From contig JAAOMT010000495.1 of assembly GCA_016748015.1 (NCBI GenBank), forward strand, positions 20,446-84,445: a stretch of 64,000 nucleotides of DNA, given 5' to 3'. Under the pieces are notes generated by a model. The model was not told the DNA's origin and ran no database searches. It saw only the letters and a list, made by a program, of their open reading frames with translations. Source of the stretch: Geosiphon pyriformis uo1. Lineage: Eukaryota; Fungi; Glomeromycota. Made by a program: the position numbers and the translations under genes. The first letter of the stretch is position 1. Every line of letters begins with the position of its first letter. Below are positions 1 to 14,523 of this stretch, piece after piece.

Positions 1-499
1 TAAACTTCTCATCTTCAGACGCTCGCTTTAACAGCCGATACATCTCGTAAAGTTTCCAAAACTTCTTTGGCAGTAGATTGATTCTCGGAATTGAATTCTA
101 AGTTTTAAAACAAAATAAAATTATTTATAAGTAAAAAATTATGCCTCGAAAATTTGAGTTTTCATATAGAAAAAAATGATTGACATAATTTAACATGATT
201 TTATAATTCATTTCAATTTAGAAATAAAGCCTTTATAATTAATGATACTTGGAATTAAATTGAAGCTAAAAAAAAACACAATATATTCACAATTTAATCA
301 AAAATTAACAATAACAGACAATTGGATTTACATTTAAAATCCTCATTTTTTAACCAATTTGCAAAATTAATTTTTTTAAAAAATTCAAAATTTGTTTCTA
401 ACTATTCTTAATTCTAAATGCAAGAATAATTTTTGATTCATGAAGGGTAAATTTTGTTTTCTAACTAAGAGATATGAACAAAAAGTCGGAAATAAGATT

Positions 500-3400
500 T
501 ATAAATGGTATTTAATCTATTTCAAAAAAATTTCAAAATTTCAAATAATTATTATATATTACTTTTTATTTTGTAAAATAATTAATATTAATTGTAATTA
601 AGAATTTTTTGAAATATTTTTTATTAATAAATTTAATAAATTAATAATTAGCATATAATTAAAATTATGCATTATTGATAGTTTCTTTTAAATAATTTTT
701 TTACGAAAATCAGTTTAAATTATTGTTATAAATAACACTTTTATTTTATAATAATTAAACTGACAAAATTTGATCTAAAAACAAAAACAAAAAATACTAA
801 AAATTATTATTGATAAAAGTAAAAGTTTTTTCTGCTGAATTTCTAATAAAATAAATATTAATTATGTAATTAAAATAATTAAGTGAAAAATAATTGAATA
901 AAAATAATTAACTAGAAAATAAAATTAATTAATTAAACAGTTTAATTATTTGAAAAAAAAATTAATTAAATAATTTTTAATTAAAAATGATATTGATAAT
1001 TCAAAAAAAAATAACTAAGAAAATAATAATCTAAAAAATATTTTTGATTAATTAAAAAAATAAAAGATTAACAAAAAAAGTATTATTAATTCTGAAAAAA
1101 CAAGAAAATAATTAAAACATAATTTATATATTTATAATATCTATATGTTTTTAAAAACCACCTTTTTTTATGTACATTAATAATATATTAAAAGAAAAAA
1201 TAGTTTTTTTCTAATTCACAAAAAAAAATTATAATACTATTTTTGTTTATTAAAACTGATTAACATGTCAAAACAGCTATAATAGCATCAAAAGATTTAA
1301 AATATATTATAATATATTGCTAAATACTAACAGATTTTAAAAACATTTTTAAAACTTCATTATAAATACTAAAAGCTATTATAAAATTAATTATAAATAT
1401 ATCTAAAAGCATATTATACAAAGCAATAACAGAAACAAAATCAGATATCAAAAATTTAACAATTTTAAAAGTAAAAAAAAGACAAAATTAGCAAACTCAG
1501 CTTAAAATACAGCATTCAAAAAAGCTTATAAAGCAAACTTTATACAACTTTATATTGTTTTTAAACACAAATTTAGTATTAATAAATTTATATATAAACT
1601 AAAATACAGTCTTAATAAAAAGTAATTTGATCTTAAAGAAAATATTAAGTATTAAAATAGTAGATACTTATTCAATAAATTTTTAATAACTAAAAATAAA
1701 TATCTAAGTATTACTAAAAGCAATATTAAAAAACAAAAAAAAATTAATTAACTTAGTTTCTATTTGATTAGTCTAATTATTAAGATTAGATAACTTGATA
1801 GATTAAATATTTAAAAATATGTTCAAAAACATAATTTATTTTATTTCCAAGACCAATAAAAATTAACCAAAAATTGACATATCAAAAAAGATAGTCAAGA
1901 GTTAATTTAGACGAAAAATAACCAATTTATTTCTATTGTTATTGCTTAAAACAAAAAACTTTTTCTTATTTATAGTTATAATAAAACTAAGTATTGTAAT
2001 TAATATTGATAATACAGAATTAAAAAAAAAGCCAAAAGAAATAGAAAAACTAAAAATTTATTTTTCACGAAAAAAAAATGCTTTAAGACACTAAAATTAA
2101 CAGAAATACCAAAAAAAAATTTTAGTATTTCAAAAAAGTTGGTATTAAACATAACAAAGATATAGAAAATTTAATTTTTAACTAGTTTAGTTTTTATGGT
2201 TATTTAAGCAGTAGTAAAAAAAAACCAAAAAAAAAACAATTGAGTTATTAACTCTTTATTAAAAACTCTAAGTCTCTTGAAAAAAACAAAGATTATGTCA
2301 GAACTAATTCAATTAGACTTTTTAAAAAACTTTAAAAGAAAACAAATTTCTAGTTAAAAATAAAAAAGATGCTTTTAAAACATTAAAAAATTATTTAATT
2401 ATAATTTTATTTAAAAAAAATATCTTTACAAAATACTATTAAGCAATTTTAATAATTATTAATATATTATTTAAAAAAACAGTATTATGATTTAAAAATT
2501 TAATAAAAATTATAAAAATAATATAAATTATTCAATTATAAAATATTACAGTTAGAATTTTAAAATAATAATAAAGTATATAGTAATAATTACTAAATAC
2601 TGTTAATAACTAATACTATTTTATAATTGTAGCAAATATTATATTATAATACCAATAAATGCTATTTAGAATATCAAATATAAAATATATAATGTGTTAT
2701 TTTATAAAACTACAAACATATAATGTTATTATAAAACAAAAACATAAACAATAGATAAAATAAAACAGAATATTTATAAATTTATCTATTGAAATTTTGA
2801 TGTTTTAAATAATATTATTTAAAAAACAAGCAAATTTTTAATTTTACTAAAAACAATACAAAATTGTTATAAATTATTAAAATTTCAAAAATAACAGAAT
2901 CACATTATTTTGTATAATATTCAAATTAATTAAATAATATTTTATTAATTATTAAAGTTTTTTAAATTGAATTTTTTAAATATAAGCTTATTGATATAAT
3001 TTATGTCTTATATTAATGGTTTTAGAATTTAATATCAGATATCAATTATATTTTTCAGTAAATATTTATTTAATATATTTTACAAAAATTAACAATTATA
3101 CAAATCAAAAAAAATAATAAAAAAATAAAAAAAAAATAAAAAAGTAGTTTTATTGTATTAATTTTTGCTTTAAATAAATTTTTGATCTGAATATAAATAT
3201 ATTTTTACAGCTTGAAAAAGTTTTGTTTATATATTTTTAAAAATAAATTAATAATTAAGTTATTAATCAAGTCAATATTACATCAATAACTATTTTTAAA
3301 AATAAAGTAATTAACTAATAACATTAATAATTAAAACATATAACTAATTATAACTAAGTAAATAAATAATACTAAAAATTAAAAGTTTTAATTATATTAT

Positions 3401-6400
3401 TATTTTTCCAAAAAAATTGAGCTTCAGCAAAATAAATTTATCTAAAAAAAGTTTTGAAGTTTTTATTTTAAAGCTAATTGATTGGTTGAAATTTTTAGCT
3501 AACAAAATATATAAAAGTTGTAATAATATTAGTTTTGTATTCTAGAGATCAAAATTTTATATAAGTATTTTAGTTTTTTTTGTAATAGTTAAAACTTTTA
3601 AAACATCTAAATATATAATATTTAAGATTTTTACTTGTATTTCTGAAGTTGTTTTCTTTAAAAGCTTTATATTTTCAATAACTTTATCAAGTCTTTGATA
3701 ATATTTTAGTTGTCTTTTATATAAAAATTTCTTATGGATAAGACTTTTTTTATTGTTTTTTTAAGTATGTAAAAAAGAAAAATGTTTTAACAGTTATGTA
3801 TTTAAATATATATTTCTCTATTTTATTGTCTTTTTGTGACAGTTTTTTGAAAGTTAATAACAGAGTTATTCTAATTTTATCTTTATTTATTATTTGTTTT
3901 CTAATTGTAAGCAAAACATTTGGGTAATTTTTTGTCCAATATTTGTAAATTGTAAAAAAGACGTTTTACATATTTTGATTGAAAAATATTTTTTAACGTT
4001 GATTGAAAATATTTTTTCATGTTGATTAAAAATATGTCTGTTTTAGGATTAAAATAACTTTTTTATAATTGGTTTAGTGTTTTATTAATAAATATTATAG
4101 ATATGATAACAACTGATAATTAATTGGGTTTTTTGTGAAATTTTTTTATTTATGTATTATAAACAAATTAATCATTAAATATTGTTCTATATTGGTTCTA
4201 TAAGATATAAAATCTATTATTTAATACTTTGTTAATTATAAATAATTTTTTCTATTAACTTAAAAATTTGTTATCAAAAATTTTGTCTTAATCTAATTGC
4301 TATTTAAGAACTAAATTACCAATACTTAAAGAAAGTGTTTTATATTTTTTTTTCTTAAGTCATTTTTAAAATGTTCTTATCTTTTTATAAACAATTATTT
4401 GAATTTTTATTAAAGAGTCTAATATTGTTTTAAGTTTTTGTTGTAAGATATTTTTATAATTAAGTTTAGTTATTTTTTCAAAAAAGTATTGTCTTAATAT
4501 TAGTTTCAATAAATAATATTGTCACATATTATAGAATAAATAAAAAAAGTTTATAGCCAGTTATTTTATTATTTACTGTTCTATAAACAAAGAGTATTAA
4601 GAACAAAATTTTGTTTTATAAATTTGTTTTTTTACTGGTTTTTTCTAAAGTTTTGCAAAGTGTTTAATTAAAATATTCTACTAATGTATTGATTTATGAA
4701 TGATAAAAGAAGAAAAATTTGTAATATATTTTAAGTTTCTTCAAAGTTTTTTATCAATGAGCTAAAAAATCTTTTTTTTTATTTGGAAGTAGTTTTTGAG
4801 AGCATCTATATTTACATATAAATTTTTCATAAATGAAGTTAACAATTAAAATAACTGTTTAATCTGATATAACTTTTGTTTTTATCTATTTTGTTAAGTA
4901 ATTTGTTGTTGTTATAATGTATCTATTTTTATTAGAGATAATTGTTAAAAATCTAACAACATTAATTCTAATTTTATCGAAAAGTTAATTAACAGAAATT
5001 ATATAAATGGTTTCTTTTTAATTGAACTTGTCTTTTTATTAATAGGTTTTACAAGTTTTAATATATATTCTGTTATATTTTTTTCTAAGATCAGTTAATA
5101 GTATCTTGTTAATGTCTTTTTGAATTGTTTTTGTTTTTCCAAAATGTTCTGCTAAAAATCTAGTATGCATACACTCAGCAGAAAAAAGTCATGGGACACT
5201 TTATTATTTCTTTAATAACTTTTTATTTTATTTAATACTTAATAACTAGTTGGTCTACTCTCCTTTTTAATATATTCTTCAATACGTTTAGATGCACTAG
5301 TAACAAAATTTAGATAATTATTTCGTGGAATTGCTTGCCATTTTTCTTGTAACACAATGAATAATTTGTGATTATTTTCAGGGCGTGGATTTCATTTTTT
5401 GAGCTGTTTTTGTAAATAATCCCATAAATGCTCTATTGGATTCAAATCAGGTGATTGTGCTGGCTATTTAGAAAGTAAATTGAGCCATCCAAGTCTTTCC
5501 TTTGAACTTTGAATTTTTGAATATTCATGTTTATCAAAAAAAATCCTGAAAAATTTTATGTTGATAAAAAAATGTAAAGTGTCCCATGACTTTTTTTTGC
5601 CGAGTGTATGATCTAATATTAGCATTTGACTACAATAGATTGGACTTTACTGTAAATTGTAAGTTTATAAAACTTATAATCAAAAAAAGTTTTGGCTTTT
5701 TTCAATCATTTATTTCCAACAATTATGGTATAATCTTTTACTTTTGATACTTTTATATTAGTTTTAATATACATATTATTAATTTGAATGAGAACAGTTT
5801 TGATAATTTCTAAATTTTTTTTTGTTTTTATGAATACTAGTTATAAGTTTAGCTAATAGTTTATTTACTTTTTTTTTAATTGTATCTAAAAAATACTGGG
5901 CTATAATATTGATTGATAGATCACTATTTAATATTAGATCTATAAAATATTCGGCTATTTGTGCTTTATAAATAAGAAAAATAACATTATTACTAAGAGC
6001 TAATATTGTTTATTAAAAATATTTGTTGTTTTTGTGCTGTTTTTTTTGGGTATTAAAAATTTTTGAAGATTTTTTCAGAATTATAGATAAGTTATATGCT
6101 AATCAATAATAATATAAGCAGATATTTCTATTAGATCTTTGATTATTGAATAGAAGTCTGATTTTTAAACTATTTTTGATGGTTTTAGCATTTTAACTTT
6201 AAAGTTTTATTTTGGTTATTAGATATTAAGTATTTGTATTAAAGTTCAGATTAAAATCAATTTTCTGTTTCTTAAATCTAATATAATTTGATAATTTACT
6301 ACTGTTTTTTGTAATTTTATGTTATCATTTGTTAAGTTAAAATTAAATAAAAGATTTTTTTTGGCTTGTATTTTTATTCTTAAAAAATACTTTTACCAGT

Positions 6401-9300
6401 TTAAAAACTAATATTCTATGGCTTTAATTAAAAAAATTTTCAAAGAAGTTTATATAAATCTGATTAGTATTTGAATTAAAAGCTTGATTATTATTGTTTT
6501 TATTATTTAATTGATTGTTGTTTCTTAGATTTGGGAAAAATATTGAAGAATTATTACAATTTTGTATTATATAATTAGTATTTTTATATCAATAACAAAC
6601 TGAAAAATTTTGGTCTTTAAGTTTCAGATTATATTAAGACTGTTAAGACTAATTATAATAAAATTAATATTAAAGTTTTTAAAATATTTGGTATTTTTGT
6701 ACTATTTTGGTTAATAGTTTTAAAAATCTGGTAAAGTTTGTTGTTAATTTATTTATTAATTGTTTATTAAGATCTTGAATATAAACAATAAATAATATAA
6801 CAGCTATTTGAAAAAAAAAAGCTAGAACAGTTATTAAAACAAAAACATGTTTTTTAAATGTATTTATTTTTTATTAATTAACTTATTTCTACTATTGTAT
6901 TTAATATGAAATTATTTTTAATAATAAAAAGAAACTATAAAGCATAAAATAAATTTATTTTTTTATTTAATTTTTTTTGTATTTACATATTTTATTAACT
7001 TTTGAATTGCTTTAATATATTTAGTAATTATTTTTCTGAGTCTTGTGCTTTTTTTAGTTTTATTTTCTATTTAAATATTAATATTGTGGTACAAAATTTT
7101 TTTAGATTAGGTGATAAAAGAAGTTGTATTTTGACTAGCATTTTTAAGTAATTATTGAATAATTTATTGAATTGTTTTTCTGATAGATTTTTGTATAAAT
7201 TATATAACAAAAAATTCTTAAAAGTATTTTTCAACTATTTAAAATTTATAATTGTTGTTATATTAATTTGCTATAGCAGTTTTTTTAAAGTTTTTAAGTC
7301 ATTTAATAAGGTCTTAAAAGTTTTTTTAAAACAAAAATAAAGAAAATATGTTTTAACAACTTAAAATAATCTGAATGTTTTAAAAAATTAATAATATATC
7401 TTTTTTATTTTAAGTTATAATAAGTGTTAATATACATAATAAAAAGTTTGAATTATTTAAAAAAAAGCTGTTTAATAGCTTTTTTTGTTTTCAGTTTTTA
7501 AAAAGTTTTTAATTTGTTGATATGTAATTATCTAATTGTAAATTTGTTGATTTATAATTTCAAATTTAAAGAGAAGTTGATTAAAAATAACTAAAAATAT
7601 TAATTGGTTAATATAATTATTTTTGGTTTTAAAATTTGTATTTATATTAAAAAATCATTTTTTTGTTAAAATTTATTTGTAATAGCAAAAAAAATTAAAC
7701 AGTATTAAAGTTAAATAAAAAGCCAAAAATATTAATTAAATATAATTTTTTATTTGTTATATAAATTGTTAAAAATAAAGTAAATTAAAAAATATTAAAA
7801 TTTCAGTTTTTATAAATATATAAACAATTTTTTTTTTATTTTTTGAATTTTTGAATTCAACAAATTTTTTATAAGTTTTTTAATTAATATATTTTTTTAA
7901 TTTATATTTGTTATTAGAATTTTTAATAATAATTTGCTAAAAATTTAATTTACAATTTAATTAATTATAAATTATATACATAACCAGTTAATTAGACTTA
8001 TATTAAAAATAATTTTTTTGTATTCATATTTTGTATTTATTTGTTAAATTTTATATTAAAAGTTTACAAATTCCAAAAACTGATAATTTACTTAAAGTAT
8101 TTTTATTTATTAAAGACTTAATAATATTAATATTTATTATTATTTAAAAAATATATGCCAAAAGTTTTTAAACATACTAATTACTATTTTATTAATATTT
8201 TTAATCCGTACTATAAATTTTAAATACAACAAACTAGATAGTATTTTAAATATATAAAATTTGATTAACAATTATTTAATAATATTCTTATTTAACTTTA
8301 ATAATTTTTATTTAATACAAATTTTTTAAAGTACCAGTTTAATAATAATATTATTAAAAAAATTTTAAAACTTGTAAATAATAATGACTTGTTTTTTTAT
8401 TACTTAATAAATTATAGCCCAATTACTATTTATGTACATAAAATTTAAAATTTTTATAATAAACACAGTTCATGTATTTTCTGTATGTGATCAGTTATTC
8501 ATAACTTATTTTTAACATAATTGATTATGTTCTTGAATAATTATATTATTAATTTTTAAAACTGTATCATTAAAAAAAAATTAATCAAATTTGTTTTTAA
8601 AAATGTTTTTTTAAACAATAATTTTCTTTTAATTTAACAAACAAAGAATTTTAATACTGATTTTTTATTATAATAAAAGCAAAGTTAACTACAACAAAAA
8701 TAAAAATAAAAATTATAACAAATTTTATAATTTTGAAAATTCAACAAATTTAATAAATTAAATTTTGGTGACAGCATTTAAAAAATTTTGAAATTAATAT
8801 TGTTTTTTAATAATTAATTTAATATTAATAAAACCATCTAAAAACTAAAAATACGATTTTAATATAAATTTATTTGATTTTAAACATACATTTAACACTT
8901 AAATAAAGATTACTTATTCAAAAAACTTTTAAAATATATTAATAATAATTTCAATAATACTAAGTTTAAAATTTTAAAAGAATTTTTTTTTAAAAATTAC
9001 AAAAATATTGCTGCTAAAATTAATGCCATTTTGAAAGTTGATATAAGATTAATAAAAAAAAACAGTAGTTCAGCTACTAGTTTGATATTAAAAGTCTTAA
9101 AACTTTTTGTGATAATATTAATAATATGAATAAAAAATAAAAGCAAAATAATAATAGAAAAATTGAAAAATAATAAAAAATAATTAAAAAATAATAAAAA
9201 ATAAATATTAAAATTAACAAACTTTATAATCAATTTTGATAAAAAAAAATTAAATAAAAAATAGTAATAATTTCAAAAATTTAATAAATAAAAGATTTTA
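500..9300. other. Extremely AT-rich, CpG-poor block, probably heavily decayed transposon DNA
   Basis: No credible ORFs (only low-complexity F/I/K/L/N frames); C and G visibly depleted relative to the gene array; hosts a younger Tc1 insertion. Ancestral element cannot be identified by eye. Confidence 0.5.
5172..5606 (-). mobile_element. Non-autonomous Tc1/mariner deletion derivative with 32-bp TIRs and TA target duplication
   Basis: Left TIR CACTCAGCAGAAAAAAGTCATGGGACACTTTA (5172-5203); right TIR reverse complement CACTCGGCAAAAAAAAGTCATGGGACACTTTA (5575-5606), 2 mismatches; TA on both sides; internal minus-strand frame K*PAQSPDLNPIEHLWDYLQKQL...WQAIP...RPTSY* is a Tc1 transposase C-terminus. 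Confidence 0.93.
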
Positions 9301-11960
9301 ATAACCAGTGTTGACAAACACGATTAAAAGTAACAGATTATGACAAAAAAGTTACTGTTTTCAAGCAATAGCTCTAAAATTTGAAATTGATGCACCAATT
9401 TTTTTATTTAAATATAATTTTTTCATCCAAAATCAATTTATAATTTTTGACAACCTTTACCAATTAAAATAATAATAATAATAATAATATATATTATAAT
9501 ATAAAGTATCTATTTATCGTTTTTCAAGTAAAAAAATTTCAAATTTTTTAATTGCAAGAAAAACCAATATATGATATATTTTCTTCGGATTGATAAAATC
9601 ATTTTTTAAAATTATTATATCTTGAAAAAATATCACATTACCTGTTCGAATATCTTGAACTTAATAAAAAAAACCATCAAGAAAATTTGTTTCTTTATAA
9701 CTATAATAGCAAATAAATAATCAATTTTAATTTTTAAAAAACCAAAAAAATATCATTCTTATTTTCATAAATTCTCTAAGTATTTTAAATGAATGAATGA
9801 ATTAATGAATAAATAAATAAATAAATAAATAAATAAATATTATTTTATTTTATTAAGATTACACAATTTTCAATGAAAAGATAGTCTTTGTCTTAAAAGT
9901 ATTAAAAGTTTAAATGAAAAAGGTTTGGAATTTAGATAAACGAATAAATTGAATTATGTGATATTTAACACTCAAAGGAATCAGATTAAAATAATTTGTG
10001 GCAATATTTATCAGTGTAACCAATTATCTTAAAATCAAAGTTTTCTCATGGATTTAATCGACCAAATCTTTACATATACGTCCTTGATTTTCATTGGATT
10101 CCCTTATGTGTGTTAAACTTATCGTTAAAAGCTGATTTAAAAAAGTTTTAAAAATAATTTTGGAGGCTAATGGAATGTTGAAACCTCTCAAAAAATTAAG
10201 ATTTTAAACAAAGAAAAAATTTTCTAAAATTTTCTCAGGCCAAAAAAGCAATTGGTCAATAAATCGATACTTATTCTCATCATTTTTGATCTGCTACTTT
10301 TTAATATTTTGTTACGATAATCGCTTTTTTTGATGATGAATTTTCCAGTTAACGAAAATCTCGTGAAATTAGCCATAAACTTATCTTTCGGATCTAAGTT
10401 GAGAATAATCAGATCGGAGGTCAAGTAACAAATGTGTTTTCCATTTTCCAAGTAAAAAAAAAAATTCAATATTTCTCCGACCCCCCCTTAATGTAACAGA
10501 TCTGAGTTACTACTATATTTTAGAGTTTCATAGAATGACGCCATTGATCTGAGGATATACAATGATTTGCTCCCTCCCAAAGTTTGTTTCTTTTTTTTTT
10601 CATTCAATTTTACTAAATAATATTTCGCACACTATTTAAAGTATTTGAAGCATGTTTAATATTTCCTCTTTTAAGCAAAATTTCAATATCCTTTAAGGTA
10701 CTAGATCAAAAATGTACTTTTTAAAATTTTACTTAGATTTCCCACGATTCTTCAAATTTTTCCGGTCAGTTTTGTAATGATTTATATTTCACAAGATTAA
10801 AATGAACTAACATATTGAATATTTGATTCAATTTCTGATTGAAATTTCTTGTTAACACAAAATACCGTGAGAATTGACACCGAGAAGAATATTAATTTTT
10901 ATTTTCTTTTACAAGTTTGGCTATTTTTATTTAATTCCTGATTTGATAATATTTGAGATGCATATCAGCAAATCTATTAAAGCTGGTTTATTCTGGAGCA
11001 AAAGGAGAAAATTTAATAATCTTTTAATCATTTCTTTTTATAGAAATCAATTTTGTGGGGTAAAGTTTTTCGATTATCCTTTTATTTATCAGGGATCAGA
11101 TATAATTGTTGATTGAATACAAAGACATCCTGATTGTGAGTTAAAAAAATTCTTTGTTTTCCCCGCGTCAATTTGTCAATTCAAAAATTTAAGGTGTTTT
11201 TTTTTTTTTTTTTTTTATGAACAAATCAATTAAGGAAATACATTTTTAGTAATAATTCAAAAAAAAAAATTTGATAGTACAATCAAAGTTTCTCATTTAA
11301 AAATTCCCGGAAAAAAATGTTCAGAAATAATTGTGGGAAAATTCAAAAAACTTTCTTTCAAAGTATTTTCTTTTATTAATCTGAAGCATCTTGGTATTAT
11401 TATTACCCTGCTTCAAAATAATCAACAGTTCAGCTTGAATACAGATCATTAATATAAATTTCATGATAAATTGAATTTACTAAATTCTAAAGGTGCATTT
11501 CTAAAAAAAAATTATGGGGCTTTGGGGGAATTTAACCTAATCAACGTTTATCAAAGATTTCTGTGATGAAAATGACGTACGCATTATCGATAAAAAACTT
11601 TTTATTCTTACCCACGGGAACGACGATATTATTATTATTATTATTTTTTATTATTTTCATGTTCTTTTAAAAATTCAGCAAAGCACTTTTAGTAATTCGA
11701 TAGAATAATCCTGAAGATCTCTAATTTAATACCAGATTTGTGATGAGATGTGAGAACAAATTAAATTTAAATTTACTTTCATATCAGATATAAAGAAATG
11801 ATGATCGAGATTGTAATTCTACTATTTCCCGGGTAAAAAGTTTTTGAAAAATAATTAATATAAAAAGAATTCTCATTCAAAAGGTACAAGTAGAGAGAAT
11901 AATTAAAGCTCAAATTGAATACATTTAGTACCATTATTATTATCTCCTTAAAAAACTACA

Positions 11961-12429
11961 ATGTCACGAGAAAAGTTTTACAAAGATTTCAATCCTGACC
12001 AAACCTTTCCTTTGATCAATTTTTTAAAAAAAATTTTAACAAAACCAAAGCTTCTTTTATTAATAACGATCTTGGGATTGTTTTTATTTATATCTAAAAA
12101 CTTGAATTCGAATTCAATAAAAAAGACACCATTTATCAAAAAAAGGAACGATATTGTAAATTCCGCTCTTGTAAGCAAATATGAAACAGAAGGTGGTCAA
12201 TTAGTGGCTATAAGTCAAATTCTAACGAGAACCAACACAAAAATTGTTGTCGACAATCCAAATATTTTAAGTCTTGTCCAAAAAATGTCCAACTTTGCAA
12301 ACATTCTTTACTGCTATCGATCTAAAGGAAGTGTACATTCATCAAACTCTTTGGAGGGCACTATGGGTAAGGTTTTGTGTCTCTCTGCTTTTTTTTTTCA
12401 CTTACTGAACGACAGAATATTAACAGTTC

Positions 12430-12464
<35 letters not shown>

Positions 12465-13416
12465 TTTTTTTCTAATTTCAGCGGATTACCTCGCATTTCC
12501 TAAATCAAGAGAACTTATAGCTTATTTTCGAGGCCAGGAAATGTCAGTAGAACAATGGAAAAATAGAAAAACTGATTTAGTTCCATACAAAAATGTCCCA
12601 GGGGCCTTAGTTGATAGTATTTGGGCGAGTAATTCACTCACTATTGAAGAAAAACTTGAGTCGAAAATTTTGAAAGTCGTTAAAGATTATGAGGGAGAGG
12701 GTGGGACGGTATACTTAACTGGTCACGGTATTGGTGGAGGTAATTATATTTAATTTATATTCTTAAACTATAAAATTTCACATGTAAATCTTAAATTTTC
12801 TGATTTTCTTTAATTTTTTCATATACTATTACTACTACTACTACTACTACTACTAGCTTATGCTGTGCTCGTTGCTCTACGCTTGCTTGAAGCATATGAA
12901 GAAGCTAAAGATCGTCCTTCAGCCCAAATCAACGTAAAATTCGCCGCCATCTCATTTGGTCAACCTCGTCTTGGAAATAAAAGATTCGTCGAATATTTAA
13001 ATCAAAAATTAACTGTATATCGTGTCACAAATATGGACGATTATTTCCCTCATTTTCCAAATTCAAATGAATCTGAACTCTCTGAACCAATGGTGCATCA
13101 CGATACAGAATATTGGATTTCAGATGACTGTGATTGCACCAATGAAGGATCTAATAACGACGAATTGCAACTATACGTATGTTCTCAGGTCAAAAATGGG
13201 GAGGAAAACTTTGTAGGTTTCAAGCAAATAATCATTTTTTTGTTTCTTTTAGTAATATTTTATGTCCTATTACTAAACATATTTTATTTCCTCTTCCAGG
13301 AATGTAATTTAGGGACAAAAGGATTAAACATAAGAGCCCATTATGGACCATACTTTGGAACAACATTTAGAGATTGCAGTAAATCTGGTAGCAAGAACAA
13401 AAAGTTCTTCCCATAA
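11961..13416 (+). CDS. Lipase class 3-like secreted protein, catalytic Ser to Gly (copy 1, 378 aa)
   Basis: Exons 11961-12366, 12482-12739, 12857-13212, 13300-13416. Hydrophobic N-terminus, ANILYC, IAYFRG, YLTGHGIGG/AYA, ISFGQPRLGN, RVTNMDDYFPHFP, HHDTEYWI, ECN, HYGPYFG. Confidence 0.9.
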
Positions 13417-14523
13417 TTATAATTTTTGAATTTTTCAATCGGTTTTTAACATTCTAGTTAGGGTCATTGTTTATAGACTATTTTAAGTATATTTTAGAAA
13501 ATTAGTTTCTGGAAATTTCTATATAGATTTTGAATGATTATATTTAAAAAGGGAATATTTTCCCCAAAAGTATATATATTTTTATTACCTAGCTCCGATA
13601 AATATCATAAACTTATTATTTGGTCTATTGACTTAAAAATAAACTCGATAATTTTTACCTGTCAATTATTAACAATATAGCTTTTAGGTTTTCTTGATAA
13701 TTATGAAATTTTCCAAATATAATTTTACATTTAATAAAAATATATAGCGTAATCATAAGCAAGTTTCAACAGCTAAAGAAAATACTTGAAAAAAAATCAT
13801 TATAATTTAAAAGGTTTAGAATTTTTTTTTTTGGTAAACATATACATTTTAAGATTATTTTATTTTAATGATTCTAAAAACAAATAAAGCAAATGGAAAA
13901 AAATAAAAAAATAACTTTACAGGTTTATGTAAATTTGAATTTTTAATAATAAAAATTATACGCTATTAATCTAAAATTGTTCATCATAAATGAATGATGT
14001 AATTTGAGAAAAATAGTCTTATATATATATGTATATATAAATATATCATGAAAGTTTATTGCATCATCATTTTTAGTTATGGTTTTTTGATTTTAAAAGG
14101 ATGTCCCAAGAAGTTAGGAAAAAAGATTTTTTTTAGAAAACTTTTTATACAATTACATTTTTAACCCATATTCTGGATTTATGTGAAAAGAGAGATAAGA
14201 AAGTTGAAGACCTAATAGTAAAAAAATGATTTAACAATATACTTCAAGAAAAAATCTCAAATTGAGGTTTTAGAATGATTTAGTGCTAGCATTATTGTAC
14301 ATAAATTATTTTATTAGCACATGATCATTGTTGCACTATTTCCTTGAGAATGCCGCTAGAAAAACCCGTTAAAAAAAAAAATAATGATTCGAACCTGTGT
14401 GTAATGTGTAATACCAAATAAGCACGGTGTACGCCGAAATGATCATCTTTTTTCCTATTTATAAAACAAATGCCTCTAAACAACCACTCTCTTCTCTAAA
14501 GCCACATTCTTCGAATATCTAAA

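Noticed and set aside
3400-7400. Faint resemblance to a non-LTR retrotransposon endonuclease/RT/RNase H
   Set aside because: Too decayed to support any motif by eye; reported only as decayed AT-rich DNA.
7155-9233. ORFs 7155-7340 and 8997-9233 (likewise 37965-38156, 57508-57696, 61421-61636)
   Set aside because: F/I/L/K/N-only composition expected by chance in AT-rich DNA; no motifs.
12721-12739. Possibility that RNA editing or alternative splicing restores the catalytic Ser
   Set aside because: Codons are GGN or GCT; A-to-I or C-to-U editing cannot make Ser from them, and the intron lies several codons downstream of the nucleophile position.
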